Source: an uncultured delta proteobacterium
GTDB taxonomy: Bacteria; Myxococcota; Myxococcia; Myxococcales; Myxococcaceae
NCBI GenBank assembly: GCA_963776345.1
Contig: CAVZMH010000001.1
Coordinates: 128,001-192,000 of the forward strand
DNA length: 64,000 bases
Direction: 5' to 3'
This document shows, piece after piece, positions 43,376 through 52,136 of the stretch. The position numbers were made by a program, and so were the translations under genes. The notes below the pieces were generated by a model that saw nothing but the letters and a program-made list of their open reading frames with translations, did no database searches and was not told the DNA's origin. Within the stretch, counting starts at the first letter, position 1, and each line of letters opens with the position of its first letter.

Positions 43376-44140
43376 ATGGTGACGGCCGTGGAGCGCGACC
43401 CGCTGGAGCTGCAGATCCGGGAGCGACCGGTGCCCGCGCACGTGGGCATCATCATGGACGGCAACGGCCGGTGGGCCGAGGAGCGCGGCCTCCCGCGGCT
43501 CGAGGGCCACCGCGAGGGGAGCAACAGCGTGCGCGAGGTGACCCGCACCGCGCGCCGCATCGGCGTGCAGGCGCTCACCCTCTACGCGTTCTCGGCGCAG
43601 AACTGGTCGCGGCCGGCGGAGGAGGTCGCGGGGCTGATGGACCTGCTGCGGGAGTACCTCGAGTCGGAACGGCAGGAGATCCTCGAGAACGGGATCCGGC
43701 TGGACGCGGTGGGCGAGCTGGATCGGTTGCCGCGCTTCGTCCGCGCCCCGCTGGAGGCGGTGCGGGAGGCCTCGGCGCGCAACCGGGGCATGGTGCTCAC
43801 CTTGGCGCTCAGCTATGGCGGCCAGGAGGAGATCGCCGCGGCGGCGGACCTCCTGGTCGGGCGGGCCCGCGCCGGCACGCTCCCCCCGGGGCCGGTGGAC
43901 GTGGAGACGTTCGCCTCGGCGCTGTGGACCGGACGGCTCCCCCCCGTGGACCTGGTCATTCGCACCAGCGGCGAGACGCGGGTGAGCAACTTCATGCTCT
44001 GGCAGTCGGCCTACGCCGAGTTCATCTTCGTGGACACGCTGTGGCCCGAGTTCCGCGCTCGGCAATTCCTCGAGGCCGTGCTGGAGTACCAGCACCGCGA
44101 GCGCCGGTTCGGGCTCACCTCGGCGCAGCTCCCCAAGTGA
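43376..44140 (+). CDS. uppS: Undecaprenyl diphosphate synthase
   Basis: [46 protein letters not shown]. Confidence 0.96.
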   Translation: MVTAVERDPLELQIRERPVPAHVGIIMDGNGRWAEERGLPRLEGHREGSNSVREVTRTARRIGVQALTLYAFSAQNWSRPAEEVAGLMDLLREYLESERQEILENGIRLDAVGELDRLPRFVRAPLEAVREASARNRGMVLTLALSYGGQEEIAAAADLLVGRARAGTLPPGPVDVETFASALWTGRLPPVDLVIRTSGETRVSNFMLWQSAYAEFIFVDTLWPEFRARQFLEAVLEYQHRERRFGLTSAQLPK

Positions 44141-44985
44141 ACGAGAAGAACCGAAACCTGGTGGTCCGCATCGCCACCGCGTTCCTGCTCCTTCCGGCGG
44201 TGCTCGCGCTGCTGGTGCTGGGCGGGTGGTGGTGGGCGGCGCTGGTCTCGGCCGCGGCCGGGATCTGCGCGCGGGAGTACGAGTGGATCACCCAGCGGCA
44301 GCTCGGGCCGGCGCAGGCGCTGGCGGTGTTCGGGGCGGCGCTGATGCCGCTGGCCGCGGCCGCCCGCCCGCTCGGCTTCGCCGCGATCGCGCTCTGGATT
44401 CTCGCCGGGGTGTTCGTCGCCTCGTCGGTCGAGGGGCTGTTCGCCGGCGACCGCGAGCGTGAGCCCACACGCACCGCGCACGCCGTCACCGGTTGCCTGT
44501 ACGCCGGGCTGGGCCTGGCACCCATCGCCGCGCTGCGGGTGGGCCCCGCGGGGCTGCAGTGGGTGATCTCGACGCTGGTCATCACCTGGGGCAACGACAC
44601 CTGCGCCTACTTCGCCGGACGGCTGCTCGGGCGCCACAAGCTCCACCCGGCGGTGAGCCCCAACAAGACCTGGGAGGGGTTTGCGGGCGGCGCGGTGGGG
44701 TCGGTGGCCGGGATGTTCATCGCCCGCGGGGTGGCGTTCCCCGCGCTGAGCACGACGGACTGCTGGGCCCTCGGGCTCCTGGGCGCCGCGCTCGGGCCGC
44801 TGGGAGACCTCTGCGAGTCCATGCTCAAGCGCGCGCACGGGGTGAAGGACTCGGGCAACATCATCCCGGGGCACGGGGGGCTGCTCGACCGGGTGGACGC
44901 CCTGCTCTTCAATGCGCCGGCGGTGTACCTGTACGTGGTCGCCCTCCGCGGACTTCTGGGCGCACCCCTCCCGGGCGCGTTGTGA
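44137..44985 (+). CDS. cdsA: Phosphatidate cytidylyltransferase
   Basis: GTG 44137, DT.AYF.G, SPNKTWEG, GDL.ES.LKR..GVKDSG..IPGHGGLLDRVD. Confidence 0.96.
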   Translation: MNEKNRNLVVRIATAFLLLPAVLALLVLGGWWWAALVSAAAGICAREYEWITQRQLGPAQALAVFGAALMPLAAAARPLGFAAIALWILAGVFVASSVEGLFAGDREREPTRTAHAVTGCLYAGLGLAPIAALRVGPAGLQWVISTLVITWGNDTCAYFAGRLLGRHKLHPAVSPNKTWEGFAGGAVGSVAGMFIARGVAFPALSTTDCWALGLLGAALGPLGDLCESMLKRAHGVKDSGNIIPGHGGLLDRVDALLFNAPAVYLYVVALRGLLGAPLPGAL

Positions 44986-45019
44986 CCGGGCCGAGCGGCG
45001 GTTAACTTCGGGCCAACGG

Positions 45020-46639
45020 ATGGACCTCCAGAACCTGGCCGCCTTCGTCCTGCTGCTCGGGGCGCTCGTCTTCGTCCATGAGCTCGGGCATTTCCTCTTC
45101 GCGAAGGCCGTGGGGGTGAAGGTCCTGCGCTTCTCGATCGGGTTCGGGCCGCCGCTGGTCAGCTTCACCCGGGGCGAGACCGAGTACCGCATCGCCGCGC
45201 TCCCGCTCGGCGGCTACGTGAAGATGGCCGGCGAGGTGCCCGGCGAGGACGCCACGCCGGAGGACGAGGCCCGCAGCTACCTCGCCCAGTCGCCCTGGAA
45301 GCGGATGCTGATCGTCGTCGCCGGGCCGGCGTTCAACCTCATCTTCCCGCTGCTCATCTTCTTCGGGGTCATCGTCAGCTACCCGCAGCCGTCGACGGCG
45401 GTGCTGCGGGTGGTCCCGGGGATGCCGGCGTCCGAGGCGGGGATCCGGGTGGGCGACGTGGTGAGCGAGGTGGACGGGCGTCCGGTCCGCTCGCTCGAGG
45501 AGATGCAGTGGTCCCTGGTGGGCCGGGCCGGGCAGCGGATCCCCATCGTGGTGCAGCGCGACGGTCGGCCGGTCAGGCTCATGGTGACGCCGTCGGGTGA
45601 GGGAGCGAGCCGCGGCCGCGGGCTGGTCGGCATCGCGCCGAACCGTGCGCCCCCGGTGGTCGGGGTGCAGGCGGGAGGTCCGGCCGACCGCGCCGGGCTG
45701 CGCACGCTCGACCGGGTGATCTCGGTGGACAGCCGGCCGGTGGGAGACCTGCCGTCGCTCGAGCGCGAGGTCGCGGGCGCGAGCGGCCCCGAGCTGACGC
45801 TCCAGATCGTCCGGCAGATGCCGGCCGAGGTCCCGGGCCTGGGGGCCACCGTGCCGGTGCTGGAGACGGTCCGGGTGCCACGGCAGGACGGCGCGGGCAT
45901 GGCCGCGTTCGGGCTCTCGCCCGCGGACATCTACTCGCTCCTCTACGTCGGACGCGTCCTTCCGGGGAGCGCCGCGGCCGATGCGGGGCTGGTGCGCGGC
46001 GACCGGGTGGAGGCCATCGACGGCAACCCGGTCCGCTCGCGCGAGCAGCTGCTCCGGCGCCTCGGCGAGCTGAAGGACCGGCCCTTCCGGCTCTCCTGGG
46101 TGCACGAGGGCGCCGCGCGCGAGGCCGAGCTTCGGCTGCGGCCAGGGAAGGCCGGAGACGCGGTCGGCGGTGAAGGCGAGGGGTTCGACCTCGGCATCCG
46201 CCTCGAGTCGGGCATCCCAGGCGAGAGGCCCTCGGACGCCAAGGTCCGGGTCGGTCCCGGGCTCGCGCTGGTCACGGCGGCGCACCGGCTGGGGGAGACC
46301 GTCGCGGCCACCGCGGCTGGACTGGCGAAGCTGGTGACCGGTCAGGTCTCGCTCAAGAACGTGGGCGGGCCCATCATGATCTACGGCATCGCCGGGAGGG
46401 CGGCGCAGGCCGGGCTGGACAACTTCCTGAATCTCATGGCCCTCATCTCGGTGAACCTGGGGTTGATCAACCTCGTCCCCATCCCCGCACTGGACGGGTT
46501 CCAGCTGCTGTCGGCGGGCTGGGAGGCGGTGCGCCGCCGTCCCATCCCGATGCGTGCGCGGGAGATCGCCAACGCGGTGGGCATCGTGGCCCTCATCGTC
46601 CTGATGGTCCTGGTCTGCGTGAACGACCTGACGCGCTGA
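45020..46639 (+). CDS. rseP: RIP metalloprotease RseP with three PDZ domains
   Basis: HELGH, FSIGFG, PLGGYVKM, AGP..N, NL.PIPALDG. Confidence 0.93.
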   Translation: MDLQNLAAFVLLLGALVFVHELGHFLFAKAVGVKVLRFSIGFGPPLVSFTRGETEYRIAALPLGGYVKMAGEVPGEDATPEDEARSYLAQSPWKRMLIVVAGPAFNLIFPLLIFFGVIVSYPQPSTAVLRVVPGMPASEAGIRVGDVVSEVDGRPVRSLEEMQWSLVGRAGQRIPIVVQRDGRPVRLMVTPSGEGASRGRGLVGIAPNRAPPVVGVQAGGPADRAGLRTLDRVISVDSRPVGDLPSLEREVAGASGPELTLQIVRQMPAEVPGLGATVPVLETVRVPRQDGAGMAAFGLSPADIYSLLYVGRVLPGSAAADAGLVRGDRVEAIDGNPVRSREQLLRRLGELKDRPFRLSWVHEGAAREAELRLRPGKAGDAVGGEGEGFDLGIRLESGIPGERPSDAKVRVGPGLALVTAAHRLGETVAATAAGLAKLVTGQVSLKNVGGPIMIYGIAGRAAQAGLDNFLNLMALISVNLGLINLVPIPALDGFQLLSAGWEAVRRRPIPMRAREIANAVGIVALIVLMVLVCVNDLTR

Positions 46640-47145
46640 CCCGGTGGCGGTCGGGCCGGGCGCTGCGGGCCTGCGTCCTGCTGCTGCTGGTCGCGGGCTG
46701 CGCGCGGAACCTGAGGCCGGACGGAGCGGGAGAGGAGGGCGAGGCGTCCTGGTACGGCCCCGGCCTCTACGGGCGCAAGACGGCGAGCGGCGAGGTGCTG
46801 CGGCCGGGCACGCTCACCGCGGCGCACCGGACGCTGCCCTTTGGCAGCTGCCTCCGGGTGACCAACCTCGAGAACGGGCGGGTGGTGGAGGTCCGGGTCA
46901 ACGACCGGGGGCCGTACGCGGGCGGGCGGATCGTGGACGTGTCCGAGGCGGCTGCCCGCGCGCTGGGGATGCTCGGGAAGGGGGTCACCCGCGTCCGGCT
47001 CGACCGGTGTGGCGGGAGCGCGGAGCTGGGCGGCGCCCGGCCCGGGGAGGTGTCCGGGCCCGCATCCCCCGTCGCAAGTGCCCCCCGGGGCAATCCAGGG
47101 TTGCGTCCACCGGGCAGACCGCGCAAAGCACCCGCCCCGGGATGA
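46636..47145 (+). CDS. rlpA: Septal ring lytic transglycosylase RlpA family lipoprotein
   Basis: Lipobox VAG|C, ASWYG...G..TASGE, TAAHRTLPFG, VRVNDRGP, IVDVS. Start is uncertain (probably CTG 46636). Confidence 0.85.
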   Translation: MTRWRSGRALRACVLLLLVAGCARNLRPDGAGEEGEASWYGPGLYGRKTASGEVLRPGTLTAAHRTLPFGSCLRVTNLENGRVVEVRVNDRGPYAGGRIVDVSEAAARALGMLGKGVTRVRLDRCGGSAELGGARPGEVSGPASPVASAPRGNPGLRPPGRPRKAPAPG

Positions 47146-47876
47146 TCGTCGCGCTCGACAGCTCCACCCTGACGCTCTCGCTGGCCGTGGGCCGCCCCGG
47201 GGCGCCCGCGCCTCTGGCGGCCGCGCGGCACGGGCCGCCGGCGAAGATGAGCGATCTCCTGCCGGGGGCGCTCCTGGACCTGCTCGCCGGGGCCGGGCTG
47301 TCGCTGGCGGACGTCCGCGGCTTCGCCGTCGGCCTCGGGCCCGGGAGCTTCACCGGGCTCCGCATCGGCCTGGCGACGGTGAAGGGCCTCGCGTACGCCC
47401 GCCGCCTCCCGGTCGCCGGCGCGTCGTCCCTCGCCGCGCTCGCGCTCGAAGGACCCGAGGACACCCCGCTCGCCGCCGTCGCGGTCGCCCGCCGCGGAGA
47501 GCTGTACCTCGGTCGCTACCGCCGCTCCGGCTCGAAGGTGGAGGCGCTGGCTCCCGAGGAAGCCTGCACCGAGGCGGACCTCGCGCGCTGGCTCGTCTCC
47601 GAGCCCGCCGCCCGCGTGCTCGGGCCCGCGGTGCACGAGGTCCACGCTGCGCTCCTCGCCGCGGGCGTTCCCGAGTCCTGCCTCCTCGCGACGCCCGACA
47701 TCCCCTCTGCCTGGGCGGTGGCGAGCCTCGCCGGCGAGCCGTCCGGGTTCGACGTCCAGGCGCTGGCGGCGCTCGAGCCGCACTACGTCCGGGCCTCCGA
47801 GGCCGAGCGAAACCCAAAGTTCCCTCCGCTGCCCGGCCCGGCGCCGGCGGCACGCATCCGAGGCGAGGAGAGCTGA
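47142..47876 (+). CDS. tsaB: tRNA t6A biosynthesis protein TsaB
   Basis: ATG 47142, ALDSS, GPGSFTGLRIG...KGLA, ARRGELY, LEP.YVR. Confidence 0.93.
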   Translation: MIVALDSSTLTLSLAVGRPGAPAPLAAARHGPPAKMSDLLPGALLDLLAGAGLSLADVRGFAVGLGPGSFTGLRIGLATVKGLAYARRLPVAGASSLAALALEGPEDTPLAAVAVARRGELYLGRYRRSGSKVEALAPEEACTEADLARWLVSEPAARVLGPAVHEVHAALLAAGVPESCLLATPDIPSAWAVASLAGEPSGFDVQALAALEPHYVRASEAERNPKFPPLPGPAPAARIRGEES

Positions 47877-47879
47877 GGC

Positions 47880-48905
47880 ATGGACCGGAGCTGGGAGGTG
47901 GCGGTGGTGGGCGCCACGGGGGTGGTGGGACGGGAGCTGGTGGGAGCGCTCGCCCAGTCCGGGCATCCGGCGGACCGGGTGCGGCTCCTGGCGTCGGAGC
48001 GCTCCGCCAGCGAGGAGCTGCCGTACGGCGACGGCACGCTGGAGGTCGAGGTCGCCACCGCGGAGGCGCTGCGCGGGACCCGGCTGGCGCTCCTCGCCAC
48101 CCCGGCCGACGTCTCCCGCACGCTGGCCCACGTCGCCGAGGCGGGCGGGGCGCTGGTGGTGGACGCGAGCCGCGCCTTCGTCTCGGACCTCAGGACCCCG
48201 GTGGTCTTCCCGCGCGTGCCAGGCGCTGGGCTGGGCCGCGTGCCGGGCGCCCGCCGCTTCCGCGTGCCGGGGCCGGTGAGCCAGGCGCTCCTCACCTGTC
48301 TCGAGCCGCTCCGGGCCGCCGCGGGTCTGCGGGAGGTGCACTGCTCGGCCTTCATCTCCTCCTCGGCCGCGGGGCGGGACGGGGTGGCCGAGCTCGAGCA
48401 GCAGACCGCGGGCCTCCTCACCTCGCGGGAGCTCGAGGCCACCCAGTTTCCCCACCGGCTGGGCTTCAACCTCGTCCCCCAGGTGGGCCCGTTCAGCGAG
48501 GGCAGTGGCTCGACGCTGGAGGAGCTGTCGTGGCGCGCCGAGACCGGGCTCCTCTGGGGCCGCGCGGCGCCGGCACTCGACGGCACGGCGGTGTGGGTCC
48601 CGACGTTCTACGGGGACCTGGTGCTGATGCACGTGCGCCTGGGGCGGCCGATGACGCCGGCCGAGGCGCGCCAGCTGCTCCAGGCCGCACCGGGGCTCAA
48701 GGTGCTCGACGTCCCGGCCGAGCGCGTCTACCCGATGCCGATGCTGGTCACCGCCGACGACGCCATCCACGTGGGCCGGATCCGCGCCTTCGCCGGGAGC
48801 CCCGACGCCCTGGAGCTGGTCGCGGCCATCGACAACGCCGGCGCCACGGCCCGGCTCTGCCTGGAGGTCGCCGAGCTGGTGACCCGGACGCCCGTGACAA
48901 ATTGA
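47880..48905 (+). CDS. Aspartate-semialdehyde dehydrogenase family protein, catalytically degenerate (Usg-like)
   Basis: VVGATGVVG, LLASERS, FNLVPQ, VP.FYG, VGRIR, DN motifs present; catalytic Cys/His not found. Confidence 0.85.
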   Translation: MDRSWEVAVVGATGVVGRELVGALAQSGHPADRVRLLASERSASEELPYGDGTLEVEVATAEALRGTRLALLATPADVSRTLAHVAEAGGALVVDASRAFVSDLRTPVVFPRVPGAGLGRVPGARRFRVPGPVSQALLTCLEPLRAAAGLREVHCSAFISSSAAGRDGVAELEQQTAGLLTSRELEATQFPHRLGFNLVPQVGPFSEGSGSTLEELSWRAETGLLWGRAAPALDGTAVWVPTFYGDLVLMHVRLGRPMTPAEARQLLQAAPGLKVLDVPAERVYPMPMLVTADDAIHVGRIRAFAGSPDALELVAAIDNAGATARLCLEVAELVTRTPVTN

Positions 48906-48908
48906 CAC
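48894..48908. promoter_or_regulatory. Candidate enhancer element upstream of the MYXO-CTERM gene promoter
   Basis: GTGACAAATTGACAC, 11/15 identical to the gspC upstream element (GTGACATTTTGTCTC on the minus strand). Confidence 0.45.
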
Positions 48909-48979
48909 AGGCCGCCCCGGCCGGCTGTCGTGTTGACCGTCCCGGGCCCCTCGTTTCCCCTCGGTACGGGGCGCGACAG

Positions 48980-48996
48980 CTGGCCTCACCCTTGCT
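48980..48996 (+). promoter_or_regulatory. Putative sigma54 (-24/-12) promoter
   Basis: CTGGCCTCACCCTTGCT = TGGC-N7-TTGC with correct GG-N10-GC spacing, in the intergenic gap before ATG 49010. Confidence 0.6.
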
Positions 48997-49009
48997 ATCC
49001 CTCGGACGG

Positions 49010-49936
49010 ATGCCCCCACCCCTTCGCGCGGGACTCCTGGTTCTCGTGCTCGCGAGCCCGGCCGCGTTCGCCCAGACCGTCACCCTGGGGTTCGCCGGGA
49101 GCAGCGTCACCACGAACAGCATCAACCAGGCGGACTGCAACAACGGCAACTCGGTGCGGGTGACCTGGACGGTGGACAGCGCCGTCGTGGGGGACGTCTG
49201 CAACAACATGCAGGTCTTCGTGACCAACAGCAGCAGCTGCCCGGACACGCCGAGCACGGGTTCGACCGATGGGGGGACGGCGGATCAGATCATCGGGACG
49301 GTCAGCATCACCGACCTCGCGGCCGGGACCGGCACGCTGGATGCCTACCGGATCGCCGACATGCCCGGGCTCGGGGGCAGCTGCCCCGATGGGATCGACA
49401 TCAGCAACGCCGTCTGCGCCTCGGTCAACTTCCGGACCGTCGGAGCGACGACCTGCAGCCCGCTCACCAGCTCGACCAACCTCACGCTCCGCTACGACGC
49501 CAAGCCGCCCGTCCCACCGACGGTGAGCCTGCTCGGGCAGGACTCGAAGATCGTCGTGCAGCTGGGCAACAACGGAGAGTCGAGCGTCGCCTACTACCGG
49601 GTCGAGTACGCGCCGCTGCTCTCGACGAGCGACGCCGGCCCCGCGTGGCTCCAGGTGATTCCCGACCTGTCAGCGACGAAGAACAGCCAGACGATCACCG
49701 ACCTGACCAACGACCAGCCCTACGTGGTCCGGGCCTACTCGCTCGACGAGGTCCTCAACCTGTCCCCGCCCTCCGCGGAGCAGACCGCGACGCCCCTGGC
49801 GTCCAACGGGTTCTGGGCCGAGTACAAGTCCGCCGGGGGACACGAGCTCGGAGGCTGCAGCGCCGCCGACGCGACGGTGCCCTCCCTCGTCGGCGCGCTG
49901 GTGGTGCTCGCCACGCTCCTCTGGAGGCGGCGATGA
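49010..49936 (+). CDS. MYXO-CTERM-anchored Cys-containing FnIII-like surface protein (MXAN_2561-like)
   Basis: Signal peptide, Cys-containing N-domain, FnIII-like (LTNDQPY.VRAYS.DE..N.S..S), C-terminal GGCS + TM + RRR tag. Confidence 0.82.
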   Translation: MPPPLRAGLLVLVLASPAAFAQTVTLGFAGSSVTTNSINQADCNNGNSVRVTWTVDSAVVGDVCNNMQVFVTNSSSCPDTPSTGSTDGGTADQIIGTVSITDLAAGTGTLDAYRIADMPGLGGSCPDGIDISNAVCASVNFRTVGATTCSPLTSSTNLTLRYDAKPPVPPTVSLLGQDSKIVVQLGNNGESSVAYYRVEYAPLLSTSDAGPAWLQVIPDLSATKNSQTITDLTNDQPYVVRAYSLDEVLNLSPPSAEQTATPLASNGFWAEYKSAGGHELGGCSAADATVPSLVGALVVLATLLWRRR

Positions 49937-50655
49937 GGGCGCTGGCGATGCTGGCTCTCCTCGGCGCGGCGGGGGCGTCCGCCCAGACCGTCGTCCAGGT
50001 CAAGCAGGACGTGGTCCCGGAACCAAAACTGGGCTTCTTCCTCGAGCTGAAGCTCGGCACGCTGATCCCCCGCGTGGGGGACGAGCAGGGGCTCTCCTCC
50101 AACCCCTACCAGACGATCTTCCAGAACAAGAGCATGCTGTACGGGGGCGGGGAGTTCGGCTTCATCGCCTGGCACGGGTACGGAGCGGTGAGCGTCGGGT
50201 TCGCCGCAGGCTACGCGGAGAAGTACGCCCCGGCGCTGCTGGTGAGCAACGGGCAGCCGTCCACCGAGAAGACGGCGCTCATCCTCTTCCCCCTCCGCGT
50301 CCCCGTGTCCTACCGCTTCGACGTCACCTGGTCGCGGTGGCGCATCCCGTTCGTGCCCTACGTCAAGCTGGCGCTGCTGGCGACGCCGTGGAAGGTCACC
50401 AAGGGTGGCAGCACCGAGGTGGTAAACGGCCAGAGCGGGGCAGGCATCAAGTGGGGCTACGGGTTCACCGGGGGCATGGCGTTCGTCCTCGACGTGCTGT
50501 CCAGGCAGATGGCCAAGGATCTGACCAACGACACCGGCATCCGCCACAGCTACATCTTCGCGGAGTACAACCTCGACCAGCTCTCGGACTTCGGGAAGGT
50601 CGGCCTCAACCTGTCGGCCCGCTACTTCACCTTCGGGCTCGGCTTCGAGTTCTGA
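49933..50655 (+). CDS. Outer-membrane beta-barrel protein (MXAN_2562-like)
   Basis: ATG 49933 (ATGA overlap), signal peptide, amphipathic strands, C-terminal beta-signal FGLGFEF. Confidence 0.8.
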   Translation: MRALAMLALLGAAGASAQTVVQVKQDVVPEPKLGFFLELKLGTLIPRVGDEQGLSSNPYQTIFQNKSMLYGGGEFGFIAWHGYGAVSVGFAAGYAEKYAPALLVSNGQPSTEKTALILFPLRVPVSYRFDVTWSRWRIPFVPYVKLALLATPWKVTKGGSTEVVNGQSGAGIKWGYGFTGGMAFVLDVLSRQMAKDLTNDTGIRHSYIFAEYNLDQLSDFGKVGLNLSARYFTFGLGFEF

Positions 50656-50657
50656 GC

Positions 50658-51314
50658 GTGGCGGTCACCGTCCTCTACTTCGCGGCGGCGCGCGAACGCG
50701 CGGGCACGGCGCAGGAGACGGTGGAGTGGGCCGGTGGACCGGTCCGGCAGCTCCTCGAGCAGCTCGCGTCGCGGCACCCCGACCTCCGCCCGCTGCTCCC
50801 GCACCTCCGGGTCGCGGTGAACCAGGAGTTCCAGCCGCTGGACGCCCCGGTCCCCGACCGGGCCGAGGTGGCGCTGGTGCCTCCCGTCGCGGGCGGCTCG
50901 GGCTGCTTCCGTCTCTCGGAGGCGCCGCTCGCGCTCGAGGAGGTGGTGCGCGCGGTCGGCGGACCGGAGCGCGGGGGCCTGGTGACCTTCACCGGCACGG
51001 TGCGCTCCGAGACGAAGGGCCGCCGGGTCCAGGTGCTGAGCTACGAGGCCTACCCCGGGATGGCCGAGCGCTCCATGGCCGCCATCGGCCGGGAGATCGA
51101 GGAGCGATGGCCGGGCAGCCGGGCGGCCATCGTCCACCGGGTGGGAACGCTCGTTCCGGGGGAGGCGGCGGTGGTCATCGCCGTCTCCGCGCCGCACCGC
51201 GCCGCGGCCTTCGAGGGCTGCCGCCACGCCATCGAGCGGCTGAAGGCGGACGTGCCCATCTGGAAGAAGGAGCGCTTCGAGGACGGCGAGGAGTGGGTCG
51301 GCCTGGGCCCGTAG
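50658..51314 (+). CDS. moaE: Fused molybdopterin synthase MoaD-MoaE
   Basis: GTG 50658. V.VLYFA.ARE...VAVN...VALVPPVAGG (MoaD) followed by FTG.VR, YEAY..MA, HR.G.L..GE, LK..VPIWKKE (MoaE). Confidence 0.92.
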   Translation: MAVTVLYFAAARERAGTAQETVEWAGGPVRQLLEQLASRHPDLRPLLPHLRVAVNQEFQPLDAPVPDRAEVALVPPVAGGSGCFRLSEAPLALEEVVRAVGGPERGGLVTFTGTVRSETKGRRVQVLSYEAYPGMAERSMAAIGREIEERWPGSRAAIVHRVGTLVPGEAAVVIAVSAPHRAAAFEGCRHAIERLKADVPIWKKERFEDGEEWVGLGP

Positions 51315-51428
51315 CACCTCGTCCGCGGTGTCCGTCCCGGCGAGTGGTCTCGACACGGGCCATCGCCACGCGCCGAGACCTCGAGCTCCGTCATGCTGTG
51401 CTCCGCGCGCTCTGCCGCGCGCCGCCGG

Positions 51429-52006
51429 TCACTTCTTCGGCGGAGCAGGAGCGGGCGCCGGCGCGGGGGCGGGCGCCGCGGGCGCGGGGGTCGCCGCAGC
51501 CGGAGCGGGCGCGGCCGCAGCTGGAGCAGCCGCCGGAGCCGCGGCCTTCGGAGCCGCCGCAGCCTTCACCTGCGAGGACAGCGCCTTGCACGCCTCGCTC
51601 AGCTCGTCGTGGTGCTGGGTCAGGCAGTCCGCGAGCTTGCCCTTGGTGTGGGGGACCTCGGCGCAGAACTTCGCGATGTCCTCCTTGCACTCGCCGCCGG
51701 TGGACCGGATCTCGGTGAGCCGTGCCCGGCAGCTGTTGGACAGCTCGCCCTCGTGCTCGTTCAGGCAGCGGATACAGCGCGGCCCCCCCCGGGCTGAACT
51801 TCTGCGCAGAACGCCTCGGCGTCCTGCTTGCACGGCGAGCTCGACTTCACCGCGACCACCGGCGGGACGGCCGCCGCAGGGGCCGGCGCTGCCTGCGCGG
51901 CGGCCGGGGCAGCGGGGGCTGGAGTGGGAGCCGGGGGCTTCGTTTGTGCCGCCACCACGCTGACCGCCAGACAGGCACCGAGGACGACGCTTCGTCGCAA
52001 GCTCAT
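51429..52006 (-). CDS. Secreted protein with two Cys-rich repeats and Ala/Pro-rich tails; frameshifted near 51775-51790
   Basis: Signal peptide and first half-repeat CKQDAEAFC are in one frame; CLNEHEGELSNSC...CKEDIAKFC...CL..H...LS..C continues in another. Confidence 0.7.
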
Positions 52007-52136
52007 TGGACCCTCTCTTGCAGACCTGGTTCAGGGAACAGCCAAACCTCCCAGGAGCCCCCGACCCGGGCCATCGGACCAAGGTCTCATGGCCTGACTC
52101 GAGCCCCGGAGGAGGAAATGGCTGCTCGACCCAGCG

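Noticed and set aside
51440..51560. Short tandem GC-rich repeats here and in gspD/gspI
   Set aside because: They encode Ala/Pro/Gly low-complexity linkers. There is no repeat-spacer structure, so not CRISPR or a mobile element.
52090..52104. TGGCCTGACTCGAGC as a third sigma54 promoter
   Set aside because: Has GG-N10-GC spacing but lacks TTGC; such matches are common in GC-rich DNA.
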